Assembly (NCBI GenBank): GCA_022394775.1
Contig: JAGFCB010000076.1
Coordinates: forward strand, 407-64,406
Source of the DNA: Candidatus Poribacteria bacterium
GTDB taxonomy: Bacteria; Poribacteria; WGA-4E; WGA-3G
Direction: 5' to 3'
Length of the DNA stretch: 64,000 bases
Numbering within the stretch: position 1 is the stretch's first letter; each line of letters begins with the position of its first letter. The notes under the pieces were generated by a model. The model did no database searches and had not been told where the DNA came from. It saw only the letters and a program-made list of their open reading frames with translations. This document shows positions 35,941-45,123 of this stretch, one piece after another. The position numbers and the translations under genes were made by a program.

Positions 35941-37374
35941 ATGATAAGGCAAATTTTAAATTCAAAGGAGCCACAATTGAGCAGACCTAATATCCTATTC
36001 ATCATGTCCGACGACCATGCTTCACACGCTATCAGTAGTTATGGAAGTCGGATTAACCAAACACCGCACCTTGACCGTATCGCAGACGACGGCATGATTC
36101 TCCACAACTGTTTCTGCGTTAATTCCATCTGCACACCGAGCCGTGCGAATATTCTGACCGGCAAACACAGCCATCTCAACGGTGTCAAAACATTGGGTGA
36201 CCATTTTGACGGTAGAAGACCGAATGTCGCGAAGATGCTACACGCGGATGGCTACCAAACCGCGATGGTCGGCAAATGGCACCTCGGACACGGCGGTGAT
36301 GCCGACCCGACAGGCTTTGACTATTGGAACGTGCTGCCCGGACAAGGACTCTATCACGATCCCGTGATGATTGAACCGGACGGTAGGAAAACCCACAAAG
36401 GCTATACCACCGATATCATTACCGATTTTTCATTGGAATGGCTGCAGAACCGCGATAAAGATAGACCTTTCTTCATGATGTGCCACCACAAGGCACCCCA
36501 CCGCCCATGGGATTCCGATGAGAAACACGCCGACATGTTCGAGGACGGCGATGTTCCGATGCCGGACAACTTTTTCGACGATTACGCGAACCGATCAAAC
36601 GCTGCGAAGGAAGCGAAGATGCGTGTTTTCGGCCATATGACCGAAAGAGATCTCAAGATTGATAAACTCGGTCCGCCGCCTGAAGGACTATCCGAGGCGG
36701 AGATGGCAAACTGGAATTACCAGCGATATATCAAAGAGTATCTCCGCTGCGTCGCTTCAATTGATGACAATGTGGGGCGGATGCTTGACTATCTCGACGA
36801 AGACGGTATTGCGGACGACACACTCGTCATCTATACCTCTGACCAAGGGTTTTTCTTAGGGGATCACGGCTGGTATGACAAACGGTTCATGTATGAAGAA
36901 TCGTTACGAATGCCTTTCCTTGTCCGATACCCGCGCGAGATTCAACCCGGTAGGACGTCCGAGGCGATGGCGTTAAACATAGACTTCGCAGAGACGTGGC
37001 TCGACTATGCAGGCGTGTCAATCCCTGACGACATGCAAGGCACAAGTCTACGACCCATCCTCAATGGCGAAACACCTGAGGACTGGCGAACGTCCATGTA
37101 TTACCGTTATTGGATGCACCTCGCACACCACTATGTTCCAGCGCACTATGGGATACGGACGGATCGCTATAAACTCATTTATTATTACGGCGAGGCACTC
37201 GGCACTACCGGTTCACTTGATGAATCGAAAGCACCGGAATGGGAACTTTTCGATCTGAAGAAAGATCCAAACGAGATGTGCAGCGTCTACGATGATCCAG
37301 CGTACGCAGATATTGTTACCGAATTGACAGCAGAGTTATATCGACTCAAAGAAGAGGCTGGCGATGAAGAGTAG
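35941..37374 (+). CDS. Formylglycine-dependent sulfatase (arylsulfatase/GlcNAc-6-sulfatase-like)
   Basis: PNILFIMSDDH, CTPSRANILTGKH (C-x-P-x-R FGly motif), GKWHLG. No obvious signal peptide. Confidence 0.88.
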   Translation: MIRQILNSKEPQLSRPNILFIMSDDHASHAISSYGSRINQTPHLDRIADDGMILHNCFCVNSICTPSRANILTGKHSHLNGVKTLGDHFDGRRPNVAKMLHADGYQTAMVGKWHLGHGGDADPTGFDYWNVLPGQGLYHDPVMIEPDGRKTHKGYTTDIITDFSLEWLQNRDKDRPFFMMCHHKAPHRPWDSDEKHADMFEDGDVPMPDNFFDDYANRSNAAKEAKMRVFGHMTERDLKIDKLGPPPEGLSEAEMANWNYQRYIKEYLRCVASIDDNVGRMLDYLDEDGIADDTLVIYTSDQGFFLGDHGWYDKRFMYEESLRMPFLVRYPREIQPGRTSEAMALNIDFAETWLDYAGVSIPDDMQGTSLRPILNGETPEDWRTSMYYRYWMHLAHHYVPAHYGIRTDRYKLIYYYGEALGTTGSLDESKAPEWELFDLKKDPNEMCSVYDDPAYADIVTELTAELYRLKEEAGDEE

Positions 37375-37379
37375 TTGCC

Positions 37380-37427
37380 GGTTATCAGTTAAAGAGGTAT
37401 CTTGTGGCAGTAACAGAATTGATAACC
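37380..37427 (+). repeat. Stop-proximal GTTATCAG module hairpin (GGTTATCA ... TGATAACC)
   Basis: 8-bp inverted repeat starting 6 nt after the sulfatase TAG stop. Confidence 0.55.
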
Positions 37428-37472
37428 ACTACAAGGTCTTAACCGAAAACTGTTAAAAAATGGAGGGACAAA

Positions 37473-38492
37473 ATGGCAACGCAAACCCCTTTGGACAACA
37501 TTGAACCCGGTATGAAAGTTACGGCACAGATGTCGCCGGAACCGAGCGAAGCAGACTTGGAGTTTGCTAAACAGATGGACGTTGACTATGTCGTTCTTTG
37601 GACAAACGGTGAGAACGCAAACTACGATTATTTCATGAGTCGTCGCGAGATTTTCGAGAACGCTGGACTGAAAATCTACGGGTTTGGCAACTCTGATGTC
37701 CACAATCAAGACGGGATTGTGCTGAACTTGGAGAACCGCGACGCGAAAGTTGAACAGTACAAGCAGTACATCCGCGATCTCGGTAGAGCCGGGATTCCGT
37801 ATACGACCTACGCACACATGGGTAACGGTATCTGGAGTACTGAGCGTGAGACGACGCGTGGTGGTGCCAGTGCGAGGGCATTTAATCTTAAAACTGCCGA
37901 AGAGGGACACTGGGGCGGGAATCTATATAAGATGCCGCTCTCACACGGACGCGAATACAGCGAAGAGGAACTTTGGGATAACTACACGTATTTCATCAAG
38001 CAGGCCGCACCCGTCGCGGAGGAAGCCGGTGTGATGATCGGTATCCACCCCGACGACCCACCCGCACTCCATCTCGCCGGAATTCCGAGATGTATCTTCA
38101 GTAGTTTTGAAGGCTACAAACGCGCCCTTGAGATTGCTGATAGCCCGAATGTCGGGATGTGTTTCTGCGTCGGTTGCTGGTTAGAAGGCGGCGAATTGAT
38201 GGGTAAAGATGTGATTGAGTCTATCCGTTATTTCGGTGAACGGAACAAAATTTTTAAAGTCCATTTCCGCAATGTCGATCAACCGCTCCCACATTTCGTT
38301 GAGACTTTTGTCGATAACGGTTATCAGGATATGTATCACGTCGCGAAAGCCCTTCGTGAAGTCGATTTCAACGGTGTACTGATTCCAGACCACATTCCGA
38401 GCATGGCAGGTGATCACCGCGTCGGCACCGCGTACACGATTGCCTATATGAATGCCCTCGTGAAGCGAGCCAATGAGGAGGTCGCCGCGTGA
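37473..38492 (+). CDS. uxuA: Mannonate dehydratase (UxuA) family / TIM-barrel sugar-acid dehydratase
   Basis: PVAEEAGVMIGIHPDDPP...GIPRCI...FKVHFRNV...LIPDHIP aligns by eye with the conserved core of E. coli UxuA (PVAEEVGVRMAVHPDDPP...GLPRIV...THLRS...MRPDHGH). Confidence 0.72.
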   Translation: MATQTPLDNIEPGMKVTAQMSPEPSEADLEFAKQMDVDYVVLWTNGENANYDYFMSRREIFENAGLKIYGFGNSDVHNQDGIVLNLENRDAKVEQYKQYIRDLGRAGIPYTTYAHMGNGIWSTERETTRGGASARAFNLKTAEEGHWGGNLYKMPLSHGREYSEEELWDNYTYFIKQAAPVAEEAGVMIGIHPDDPPALHLAGIPRCIFSSFEGYKRALEIADSPNVGMCFCVGCWLEGGELMGKDVIESIRYFGERNKIFKVHFRNVDQPLPHFVETFVDNGYQDMYHVAKALREVDFNGVLIPDHIPSMAGDHRVGTAYTIAYMNALVKRANEEVAA

Positions 38493-39829
38493 GAACATTC
38501 GCGCGCATTGTCTTGTTGCTGCTCCTAAACCTCTGGTTGACAGGGTTGATAGGGACGTTTGCTGCTGATTGGAACGATTTTCTCGGTCCTGAGCGGAATG
38601 GAAAATCGCAGGAAAAGATAGATCTCGCACCGTGGGGAGAAACAGGTCCCCCGGTCGTCTGGGAAAAAAAGATCGGCACGAGTTACGGCGCGCCAACGGT
38701 GGCAAACGGGCGACTCTTTATCTTCGCACGTCACGGAGATATGGCGCGCCTCACCTGTTTGGAGAGCAGCACTGGCAACGAACTTTGGCGGTTTGAATAT
38801 CCAACAGACTACGAAGATATGTACGGTTACAACAACGGGCCGCGGTGTTGTCCGATTGTTGACGAAGACCGCGTCTATATCTTCGGCGCAGACGGGATGT
38901 TACATTGTGTCAGGGCTTCAGACGGTAAAGGTTTGTGGGAAATTGACACGATGGCGCAGTTCCACGTCGTCCAAAACTTTTTCGGTGTCGCTTCAGCACC
39001 TGCAGTAGAAGGCGAGTTGCTCATTGTTCAGATGGGTGGTTCGCCACCGGGCAGCCCGAAAGATATTTGGGGCGCGAACGGTAGACCTGCCTCTAACGGA
39101 AGCGGCATCGTCGCTTTTAACAAACACACGGGTGAGGTTGTCTACCAAATCGCCGATGAACTCGCGAGTTACGCGAGCCCAATTTTCACCACTATTGATG
39201 ATAGACGTTGGGGATTCGCGCTCCTGCGTGGCGGACTCGTCGGTTTTGAACCCCAAACGGGTGAAATAGACTTCCACTATCCGTGGCGGCACCCTAAGAT
39301 TGAATCTGTCAACGCTTCGAGTCCGGTTATTGCCGATGACCATGTTTTTATTAGTGAGTCCTACGGCATTGGCAGCTCAGTTGTTAAGGTGCATCCGGGC
39401 GGGTACGAAGTCGTTTGGAAAGATCGCGCGTCGCGCCGTAACAAGTCCTTGGAGTTGCACTGGAACACCGCAATCCATCATGAGGGCTACCTTTATGCCT
39501 GTAGCGGGCAACGCCCTAACGGAGCAGAGCTCCGTTGCGTGGCACTCAAAACGGGTAAAGTCACGTGGTCGCAACGTGTCGATGAACGCGCTTCGTTGCT
39601 GTGGGTGAACGACTACTTCATCTATCTCGGCGAATACGGACGCTTGATGCTCCTTAAATGCACACCGGAGAAATTAGAAGTAATCTCGCAAGTTATACCG
39701 AAAGATAAAAACGGTAGTTCGTTAGTGAAATACCCGGCTTGGGCAGCCCCTGTGCTTGCAGGTGGTTATCTTTACATCCGTGGCAAAGATCGTCTGGTCT
39801 GTTTCGATTTGCGTTCAAGCACTGAGTAA
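38489..39829 (+). CDS. PQQ-like (BamB/YVTN-type) beta-propeller repeat protein, secreted
   Basis: GTG overlaps the uxuA stop (GTGA). Signal peptide; repeated G..LW.. propeller motifs. Confidence 0.7.
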   Translation: MRTFARIVLLLLLNLWLTGLIGTFAADWNDFLGPERNGKSQEKIDLAPWGETGPPVVWEKKIGTSYGAPTVANGRLFIFARHGDMARLTCLESSTGNELWRFEYPTDYEDMYGYNNGPRCCPIVDEDRVYIFGADGMLHCVRASDGKGLWEIDTMAQFHVVQNFFGVASAPAVEGELLIVQMGGSPPGSPKDIWGANGRPASNGSGIVAFNKHTGEVVYQIADELASYASPIFTTIDDRRWGFALLRGGLVGFEPQTGEIDFHYPWRHPKIESVNASSPVIADDHVFISESYGIGSSVVKVHPGGYEVVWKDRASRRNKSLELHWNTAIHHEGYLYACSGQRPNGAELRCVALKTGKVTWSQRVDERASLLWVNDYFIYLGEYGRLMLLKCTPEKLEVISQVIPKDKNGSSLVKYPAWAAPVLAGGYLYIRGKDRLVCFDLRSSTE

Positions 39830-39833
39830 ACCG

Positions 39834-40922
39834 CTACGGCTTCCACAATGTCGCTTCAATGAACCGATCGCCATCGGGTTCCTCATCAAAATAGTAGATG
39901 GTTACTATAGTTCCGTCAGGACGTTGGACTGTGCGAGGGTAGCCGATGTCAGGGTCGCCACCGTTATCGCGTAAGACGATTTCTTCGCCCCAAGTTTCAC
40001 CAGCATCATGACTCAACTTCGCGCACATTCGGTGCGGTGTGTCCCGGTACCCATAGATCAGACATAGCCTACCATCATGAAGAAGCGTTAATGTTGGTGG
40101 ATTCCCGCCACGTCCCGTATTTTCAACGGGTTGGTTCACGTAATTCCATGTCTGTCCGTTATCATCTGAAGCGTAGAGATCAATCCAGTTTAGCCGTTCT
40201 TCCCAGTCTACGCGTGCATCTTTACCTTCACCGCGGCACCGGACCGCGACTAAAATCCGTGAATCCGATAACCGAACACTCGCAGGCATGATCGCAAACC
40301 CTTCGGGTTCAGGTCCGATCTGAGATAACAACGAGAAGGATTCACTGCCATCGGTTGTCTGTGCACAGAATACCAATCCCTCCTCACCGTCTGATTTTGA
40401 TGCTGTGAGGAATACCAAGCATTCATCTGTACTGGAAACAAGATAATCCGTGCGCGCTGCGATACCAGTGTATCCGAACATCGGCAGTTTAAAGGGACCG
40501 TCCCAACTTTTACACCGATCTGTAGAGGTGTAAAACCACGAATACGATCCTTCTCTGAGACCGGATCGGCTGCACATCATCGCAAAATCTGGGTGCGTAA
40601 AATCGACGCGATGCGGTGTATCGAACGCTGCGCCTGCTGTCGATCTATGCTGTTCCTCCACATGCTCATCTGCGGATAAGGTGCCTCTTGCGGGTAGACG
40701 GCACGGTGTTTCCGAGAGCTGCCATGTTTCGCCGCCATCTAAACTTCGTGCTTGCATGCCTACAAAGGGTCTATCTCGATCGCGGCGGTGAAACCCTCCG
40801 TCCGATTTGTGATAGCCCACGGTAAAACCGACAACGATTTCATTGCCCCATGCCCAGATGCCGTAATTCGCTGGCCACCCCGCATAACGGCCCGGCTCGC
40901 GATAAATTGTAACCTGTTTCAT
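39834..40922 (-). CDS. BNR/Asp-box repeat glycoside hydrolase-like protein (sialidase superfamily)
   Basis: Four Asp-boxes: SLDGGETW, STDRCKSW, SDDNGQTW, SHDAGETW. Start taken at M43 of the ORF (ATG 40922) with AGGA upstream. Confidence 0.75.
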   Translation of the reverse strand: MKQVTIYREPGRYAGWPANYGIWAWGNEIVVGFTVGYHKSDGGFHRRDRDRPFVGMQARSLDGGETWQLSETPCRLPARGTLSADEHVEEQHRSTAGAAFDTPHRVDFTHPDFAMMCSRSGLREGSYSWFYTSTDRCKSWDGPFKLPMFGYTGIAARTDYLVSSTDECLVFLTASKSDGEEGLVFCAQTTDGSESFSLLSQIGPEPEGFAIMPASVRLSDSRILVAVRCRGEGKDARVDWEERLNWIDLYASDDNGQTWNYVNQPVENTGRGGNPPTLTLLHDGRLCLIYGYRDTPHRMCAKLSHDAGETWGEEIVLRDNGGDPDIGYPRTVQRPDGTIVTIYYFDEEPDGDRFIEATLWKP

Positions 40923-41080
40923 ATCTATTTCTAATCCTTTATTTTCTGAATTTAATAGTATCTGCATAGTATAGCATTGATTGGTTTTATTTATTGAGGA
41001 ATTATTTAATGTGTATGTTTCGTTCATTGTCAGAATCGCGGGTGACACGGATTACACAGATTTCCGCGTAACACTCTTCC

Positions 41081-41139
41081 TTGTAGGAGCGAGCTGTGCT
41101 CGCGATATTTCTTTGTAGGAGCGAGCTGTGCTCGCGATA
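41081..41139. repeat. Two tandem 27-bp units TTGTAGGAGCGAGCTGTGCTCGCGATA (period 32)
   Basis: 41081-41107 and 41113-41139 are identical. Each holds a GCGAGC-TGT-GCTCGC hairpin. They lie in a divergent intergenic region. Confidence 0.85.
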
Positions 41140-41309
41140 CTTCCGTGAAAATAGTCAAAAAAACCGACAATTGAGTGCTACTGGCGTACTTTATGAAAAA
41201 CTTGACTTTTTTCGGGACTACAGTTAGAATTAACCCAAGAAAAGTAAGCACAAGCAACACGCCGTGCTGGATATACACAACAGAGATTGTTCGATAACTT
41301 ACCTGATTG

Positions 41310-41329
41310 AACCGCAAGGAAATTAGAAA
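41310..41329 (+). promoter_or_regulatory. Conserved leader/RBS motif AACCGCAAGGAAATTAGAAA before the TPR gene start
   Basis: Copy 4 of the leader family. Confidence 0.6.
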
Positions 41330-42508
41330 ATGCGAAATTGGTTGAAAATTGTTATTTTTCTTTGGATCTGTCTGCCGCTCTCTGGTATCGCCGATGAAAA
41401 ATCTGGCGACCATAGCAAGTACGTTCGACACGTAGAGCAAGGGTTTAGTGCTATATTCCGTGGCGACAATCAGACGGCGATATCTGAGTTTGAAACCGCA
41501 CTGGCGATCGAACCTGATCACTCTGAAATCCTACACTATCTCGGTATGGCCTATGCCCAAGAGCAATTCTGGAACAAGGCTGCCGATAGTTATCAGCGTT
41601 CTTTGGTACTGATGCCCGACAACATTGAGGCACTCTACTCGCTCGGTGTTGTGTATTTCAAACTTGATAAATGGGCAGACGCGGTGCCAGTGTTACAACA
41701 GGTTGTCGAACTTTCACCGCATCATGCGCGCGGGCAGGAAATGCTCGGCAAAACGCTCATAAAACTCCGGCGCTACGGCGAAGCTGCCCCCGCCTTGACG
41801 GAAGCCCTGACGCTGAAACCCCAAGCAGCAGGCACGTATCAAGAACTCGGTACGGCGTACCTCAACTTAAAAGAATACACGAAAGCGATAGAGAACTTCC
41901 AAAAGGCATTAGCATTCGGACCTGGACGTTATGCAGAACCGCATTATGGGCTTGGTATGGCGTATCTCCGCTTAGGCGACCGCGAGAAAAGCAGAGCCGA
42001 GATGCAAATTTACCAGCAATTACAAAAGGAATTTGCTGAATATGAACGTCTCGCGCGCCTCACGCGCGCAGAACCGAACAACCTCGAAGCGTGGTCAGGC
42101 TTAGCCTCCGTGTTGATGAGCCAAAAAAACTATCCCGAAGCCGTCCAAGTCTTTCAGAGGTGCATTGAACTCGCACCGAACAACGCCAATTTTCATCACG
42201 GCTTAAGCCGAACGTTTATGGCGCTAAACTATCCTAAGCATGCTGCGGAAGCCGCCGAAAAGGCTGTCCAGCTGATGCCCGACCAGTCGATCCTTTATAA
42301 CACCCTCGGTAGTGCGTATGCGATGCAAGGCAAACGACGAGAGGCACTCGCTACGTTCCAAAAAGCGATCGAACTTGATAGCGAGCAACCCTACTACCAT
42401 CTTAACGTCTCAAAATTATATCAGAGTCTTGGAAACCAGAAGCTCGCCCAGGAGCATTACCGCGCCTATGAACATCTTTTATCCGAACAGAAAGCGAAAC
42501 AGAAATAG
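41330..42508 (+). CDS. Secreted TPR repeat protein
   Basis: Signal peptide, then about 9 TPR units (A..Y..AL...P....A...LG). Confidence 0.82.
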   Translation: MRNWLKIVIFLWICLPLSGIADEKSGDHSKYVRHVEQGFSAIFRGDNQTAISEFETALAIEPDHSEILHYLGMAYAQEQFWNKAADSYQRSLVLMPDNIEALYSLGVVYFKLDKWADAVPVLQQVVELSPHHARGQEMLGKTLIKLRRYGEAAPALTEALTLKPQAAGTYQELGTAYLNLKEYTKAIENFQKALAFGPGRYAEPHYGLGMAYLRLGDREKSRAEMQIYQQLQKEFAEYERLARLTRAEPNNLEAWSGLASVLMSQKNYPEAVQVFQRCIELAPNNANFHHGLSRTFMALNYPKHAAEAAEKAVQLMPDQSILYNTLGSAYAMQGKRREALATFQKAIELDSEQPYYHLNVSKLYQSLGNQKLAQEHYRAYEHLLSEQKAKQK

Positions 42509-42518
42509 TTATTTCAGT

Positions 42519-43337
42519 GTGATAGCGAAATATCTGATGCTTCTGCTTTCCCCCGGTATTGCTGTATTGGCACAAGATGCAGAGAATATGATATTAATCT
42601 CTGCTGGGACTTTCACAATGGGAAGCGACAACCGCGCCGCTGATGAAAGACCGATGCATAAAGTCTATCTGGGTGCCTATTACATCAGCAAGTACGAAGT
42701 AACGAACGCCGAATACTATGAATTTTGGAAACTGCAAGCCGATTCCGCAGCAGAGATGCAGCGACATACCCCCGAAAACTTTACACACATTCCGCAGATC
42801 GGGAACTGGCCTGAACGCGCAAAGCAGTTTCCAGATCATCCTGTTGTCGGTGTTTCTTGGCACGACGCGAATGCTTATGCGGCTTGGAAAGGCATGCGTC
42901 TACCGACAGAAGCGGAGTGGGAGAAAGCTGCGCGCGGGTACACTGACAGGGTATGGCCCTGGGGCAATGCAATCGAACCCTACGCGAACACCGCTGCCAA
43001 TAATGATGGTTATAAGAATGGTCTCGCGCCCGTTGGAAGTTTTCCGAAGGGTAAGAGTTACTACGGTGTAATGGATATGGCAGGCAACGTCTGGGAATGG
43101 ACTGCGGATTGGTATAGTGATGTCTATTACTGGCACACTTCGCAAGCCTTCACGAAACGTCCGAAGCGGAATCCAACAGGACCGGCTGTCGGCAGTTGGC
43201 GTGTTATCCGAGGGGGTTCTTGGGTTGATAAGATCAGCCGGTGCAGCACTACGTTTCGGTTTTATCTCTATCCTAATTTGAAGACTTCCTTTGTCGGTTT
43301 CCGATTGGCAAAGACCGCTGAAAAAACATCTAAATAG
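42519..43337 (+). CDS. Formylglycine-generating enzyme (SUMF1/FGE) family protein
   Basis: GNVWEWTADWY and RVIRGGSW motifs. Start is either GTG 42519 or ATG 42537, giving signal peptide (M)IAKYLMLLLSPGIAVLAQ. The longer ORF-track start overlaps the TPR gene. Confidence 0.85.
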   Translation: MIAKYLMLLLSPGIAVLAQDAENMILISAGTFTMGSDNRAADERPMHKVYLGAYYISKYEVTNAEYYEFWKLQADSAAEMQRHTPENFTHIPQIGNWPERAKQFPDHPVVGVSWHDANAYAAWKGMRLPTEAEWEKAARGYTDRVWPWGNAIEPYANTAANNDGYKNGLAPVGSFPKGKSYYGVMDMAGNVWEWTADWYSDVYYWHTSQAFTKRPKRNPTGPAVGSWRVIRGGSWVDKISRCSTTFRFYLYPNLKTSFVGFRLAKTAEKTSK

Positions 43338-43346
43338 TCCGACATA

Positions 43347-45014
43347 ATGCTAAAGTATCAACTTTCCAAACTATTGATGCCTCAACTCGCCTTACTTCTC
43401 TCAGTTATCCTTATAAGCAGTGCTGGCGCACAACCGCCTATTTTCGTGGATGTCACCGAAGCAGCGGGCATCCACTTCAAACACAGCAACGGTAAAACCG
43501 AACATAAACATATCATTGAGACGATGGGATCCGGTGCTGTCTTTTTCGATTACGATACCGATGGTGACGCGGATCTCTATTTTGTTAACAGCGGTCATGT
43601 TCCGCAAGCGAAGCAAGAGCCACAACAGACACCGCTCGGAAATGTGCTCTATCGCAATGAAGGTGATGGCAGCTTTACAGATGTTACCGAGGTTTCTGGG
43701 ACAGGTGACACAGGGTACGGGATGGCAGCCGCCGCGGGTGATATTGATAACGATGGTGATGCGGATCTCTATGTCGCAAACTTTGGACGGGATACACTCT
43801 ACCAAAACAACGGTGACGGCACCTTTACTGACATCACCGAAGCCTCTGGTATTGATAACGACCATTGGGGTATCGCAGCGGTCTATCTCGATTTCGATGT
43901 AGATGGTGATTTGGATATTTTTGTCGTCAACTATTTGGCCTATCAAGTGTCGATGCCAGTCACAACCTTTAAAGGTATCATTGGTTACGGACATCCCCGG
44001 AGTTACGAGGGGACTGCTGATGTGCTCTACCGAAACAACGGCGACGGGACATTTACAAATGTCGCTGCGGCAGCTGGTGTGACAAACCCGACTGAGGGGA
44101 GAGGCATGGCGGCTGTCGTCTGTGACTACGATAATGACGGGTTCCCGGATATTTATGTCACTAACGATACCAACCGAAATTTCTTGTATCATAACAACGG
44201 CGATGGCACTTTTACAGATGAGAGTCTATTCATCGGTGTCGGTTATGACGAGAAAGGGGTTGCTGAAGGCTCTATGGGTATAGATAGCGCGGACTACAAC
44301 GGTGATGGGTGGTTTGACTTCATCGTCGCAAATTCTGAAAAAGCGACTCTCTATAAGAACGAGGAAGGACTGTTTTTTACCGACACGACTGCAGATAGCG
44401 GATTGGAGCAACCGACACTGCCCTTTGTCGGTTTCAGTCCACTTTTTTTAGATTACGATAACGATGGGCACCTCGATCTGTTTTGTGCCAATGGGCATCC
44501 ACAAGATGTCATCAAAATCTTGATGGACCATGAGACCTATGCGCAACGCGACCAGATGTTCCAAAACAGTGGTGATGGGACGTACACCGATGTGTCGGGA
44601 ACTACTGGTGCTTATTTCACAGAGGCACTGGTGGGGAGAGCTGCCGCGACTGCCGATTACGATAATGATGGCGATACCGATATTGTCGTCGTGAATTCCA
44701 ACCAGCGATCAGTTTTACTTCGGAACGATGGTGGAAACCAGAAAAATTGGTTGGCGATCAAATTGATTGGCACCCGAAGTAACCGTGATGGTATCGGGGC
44801 GAAGGTTATGGTTGTGACGGGGAAGATAACACAGATCAGAGAGGTAAAGAGCGGTTCAAGTTATGCGTCAGGGAGTGATACGCGGTTGCTGTTCGGTTTA
44901 GGCGCGCATCAGGGTGTTGAGAAGATTACGGTTGTATGGCAAAGTGGGACGAGGCAGGTGTTGGAGGATATATCTATCAATCAGGTTTTGAGGATTATAG
45001 AATCAGAACAATAG
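43347..45014 (+). CDS. FG-GAP/VCBS repeat protein with ASPIC/UnbV C-terminal domain (CRTAC1-like)
   Basis: Repeated DYD(N/T)DGD.D(L/I) calcium-binding FG-GAP motifs; C-terminal NRDGIGAKV...SGSSYASGSD. Confidence 0.85.
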   Translation: MLKYQLSKLLMPQLALLLSVILISSAGAQPPIFVDVTEAAGIHFKHSNGKTEHKHIIETMGSGAVFFDYDTDGDADLYFVNSGHVPQAKQEPQQTPLGNVLYRNEGDGSFTDVTEVSGTGDTGYGMAAAAGDIDNDGDADLYVANFGRDTLYQNNGDGTFTDITEASGIDNDHWGIAAVYLDFDVDGDLDIFVVNYLAYQVSMPVTTFKGIIGYGHPRSYEGTADVLYRNNGDGTFTNVAAAAGVTNPTEGRGMAAVVCDYDNDGFPDIYVTNDTNRNFLYHNNGDGTFTDESLFIGVGYDEKGVAEGSMGIDSADYNGDGWFDFIVANSEKATLYKNEEGLFFTDTTADSGLEQPTLPFVGFSPLFLDYDNDGHLDLFCANGHPQDVIKILMDHETYAQRDQMFQNSGDGTYTDVSGTTGAYFTEALVGRAAATADYDNDGDTDIVVVNSNQRSVLLRNDGGNQKNWLAIKLIGTRSNRDGIGAKVMVVTGKITQIREVKSGSSYASGSDTRLLFGLGAHQGVEKITVVWQSGTRQVLEDISINQVLRIIESEQ

Positions 45015-45072
45015 GAATGTAGCGATCAGGAGTGCTTCGCAGCGAGAATTCTACGGGAAGAGGTCAGACAAT

Positions 45073-45109
45073 AAAAAACCCGCATCCGGTTTTGGATACG
45101 GGTTTTTTT
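45073..45109. terminator. Bidirectional rho-independent terminator between convergent genes
   Basis: AAAAAA, then CCCGCATCC, loop GGTTTT, GGATACGGG, then TTTTTTT. 9-bp stem with one mismatch. Confidence 0.75.
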
Positions 45110-45123
45110 CGTTAACGAAAAAA

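Noticed and set aside
42312-42518. A long N-terminal extension of the FGE ORF that overlaps the end of the TPR gene by ~200 nt.
   Set aside because: The extension lies in an alternative frame of the well-supported TPR gene. A start at GTG 42519 or ATG 42537 gives a normal signal peptide directly after the TPR stop.
43401-44192. A 263-aa antisense ORF inside the FG-GAP/ASPIC gene. Similar long antisense ORFs occur at 21648-22115, 27728-28255, 37389-37910, 38181-38705 and 41030-41521.
   Set aside because: These are shadow ORFs opposite strongly supported genes, with low-complexity or atypical composition and no start context. The sense-strand proteins carry clear family motifs.
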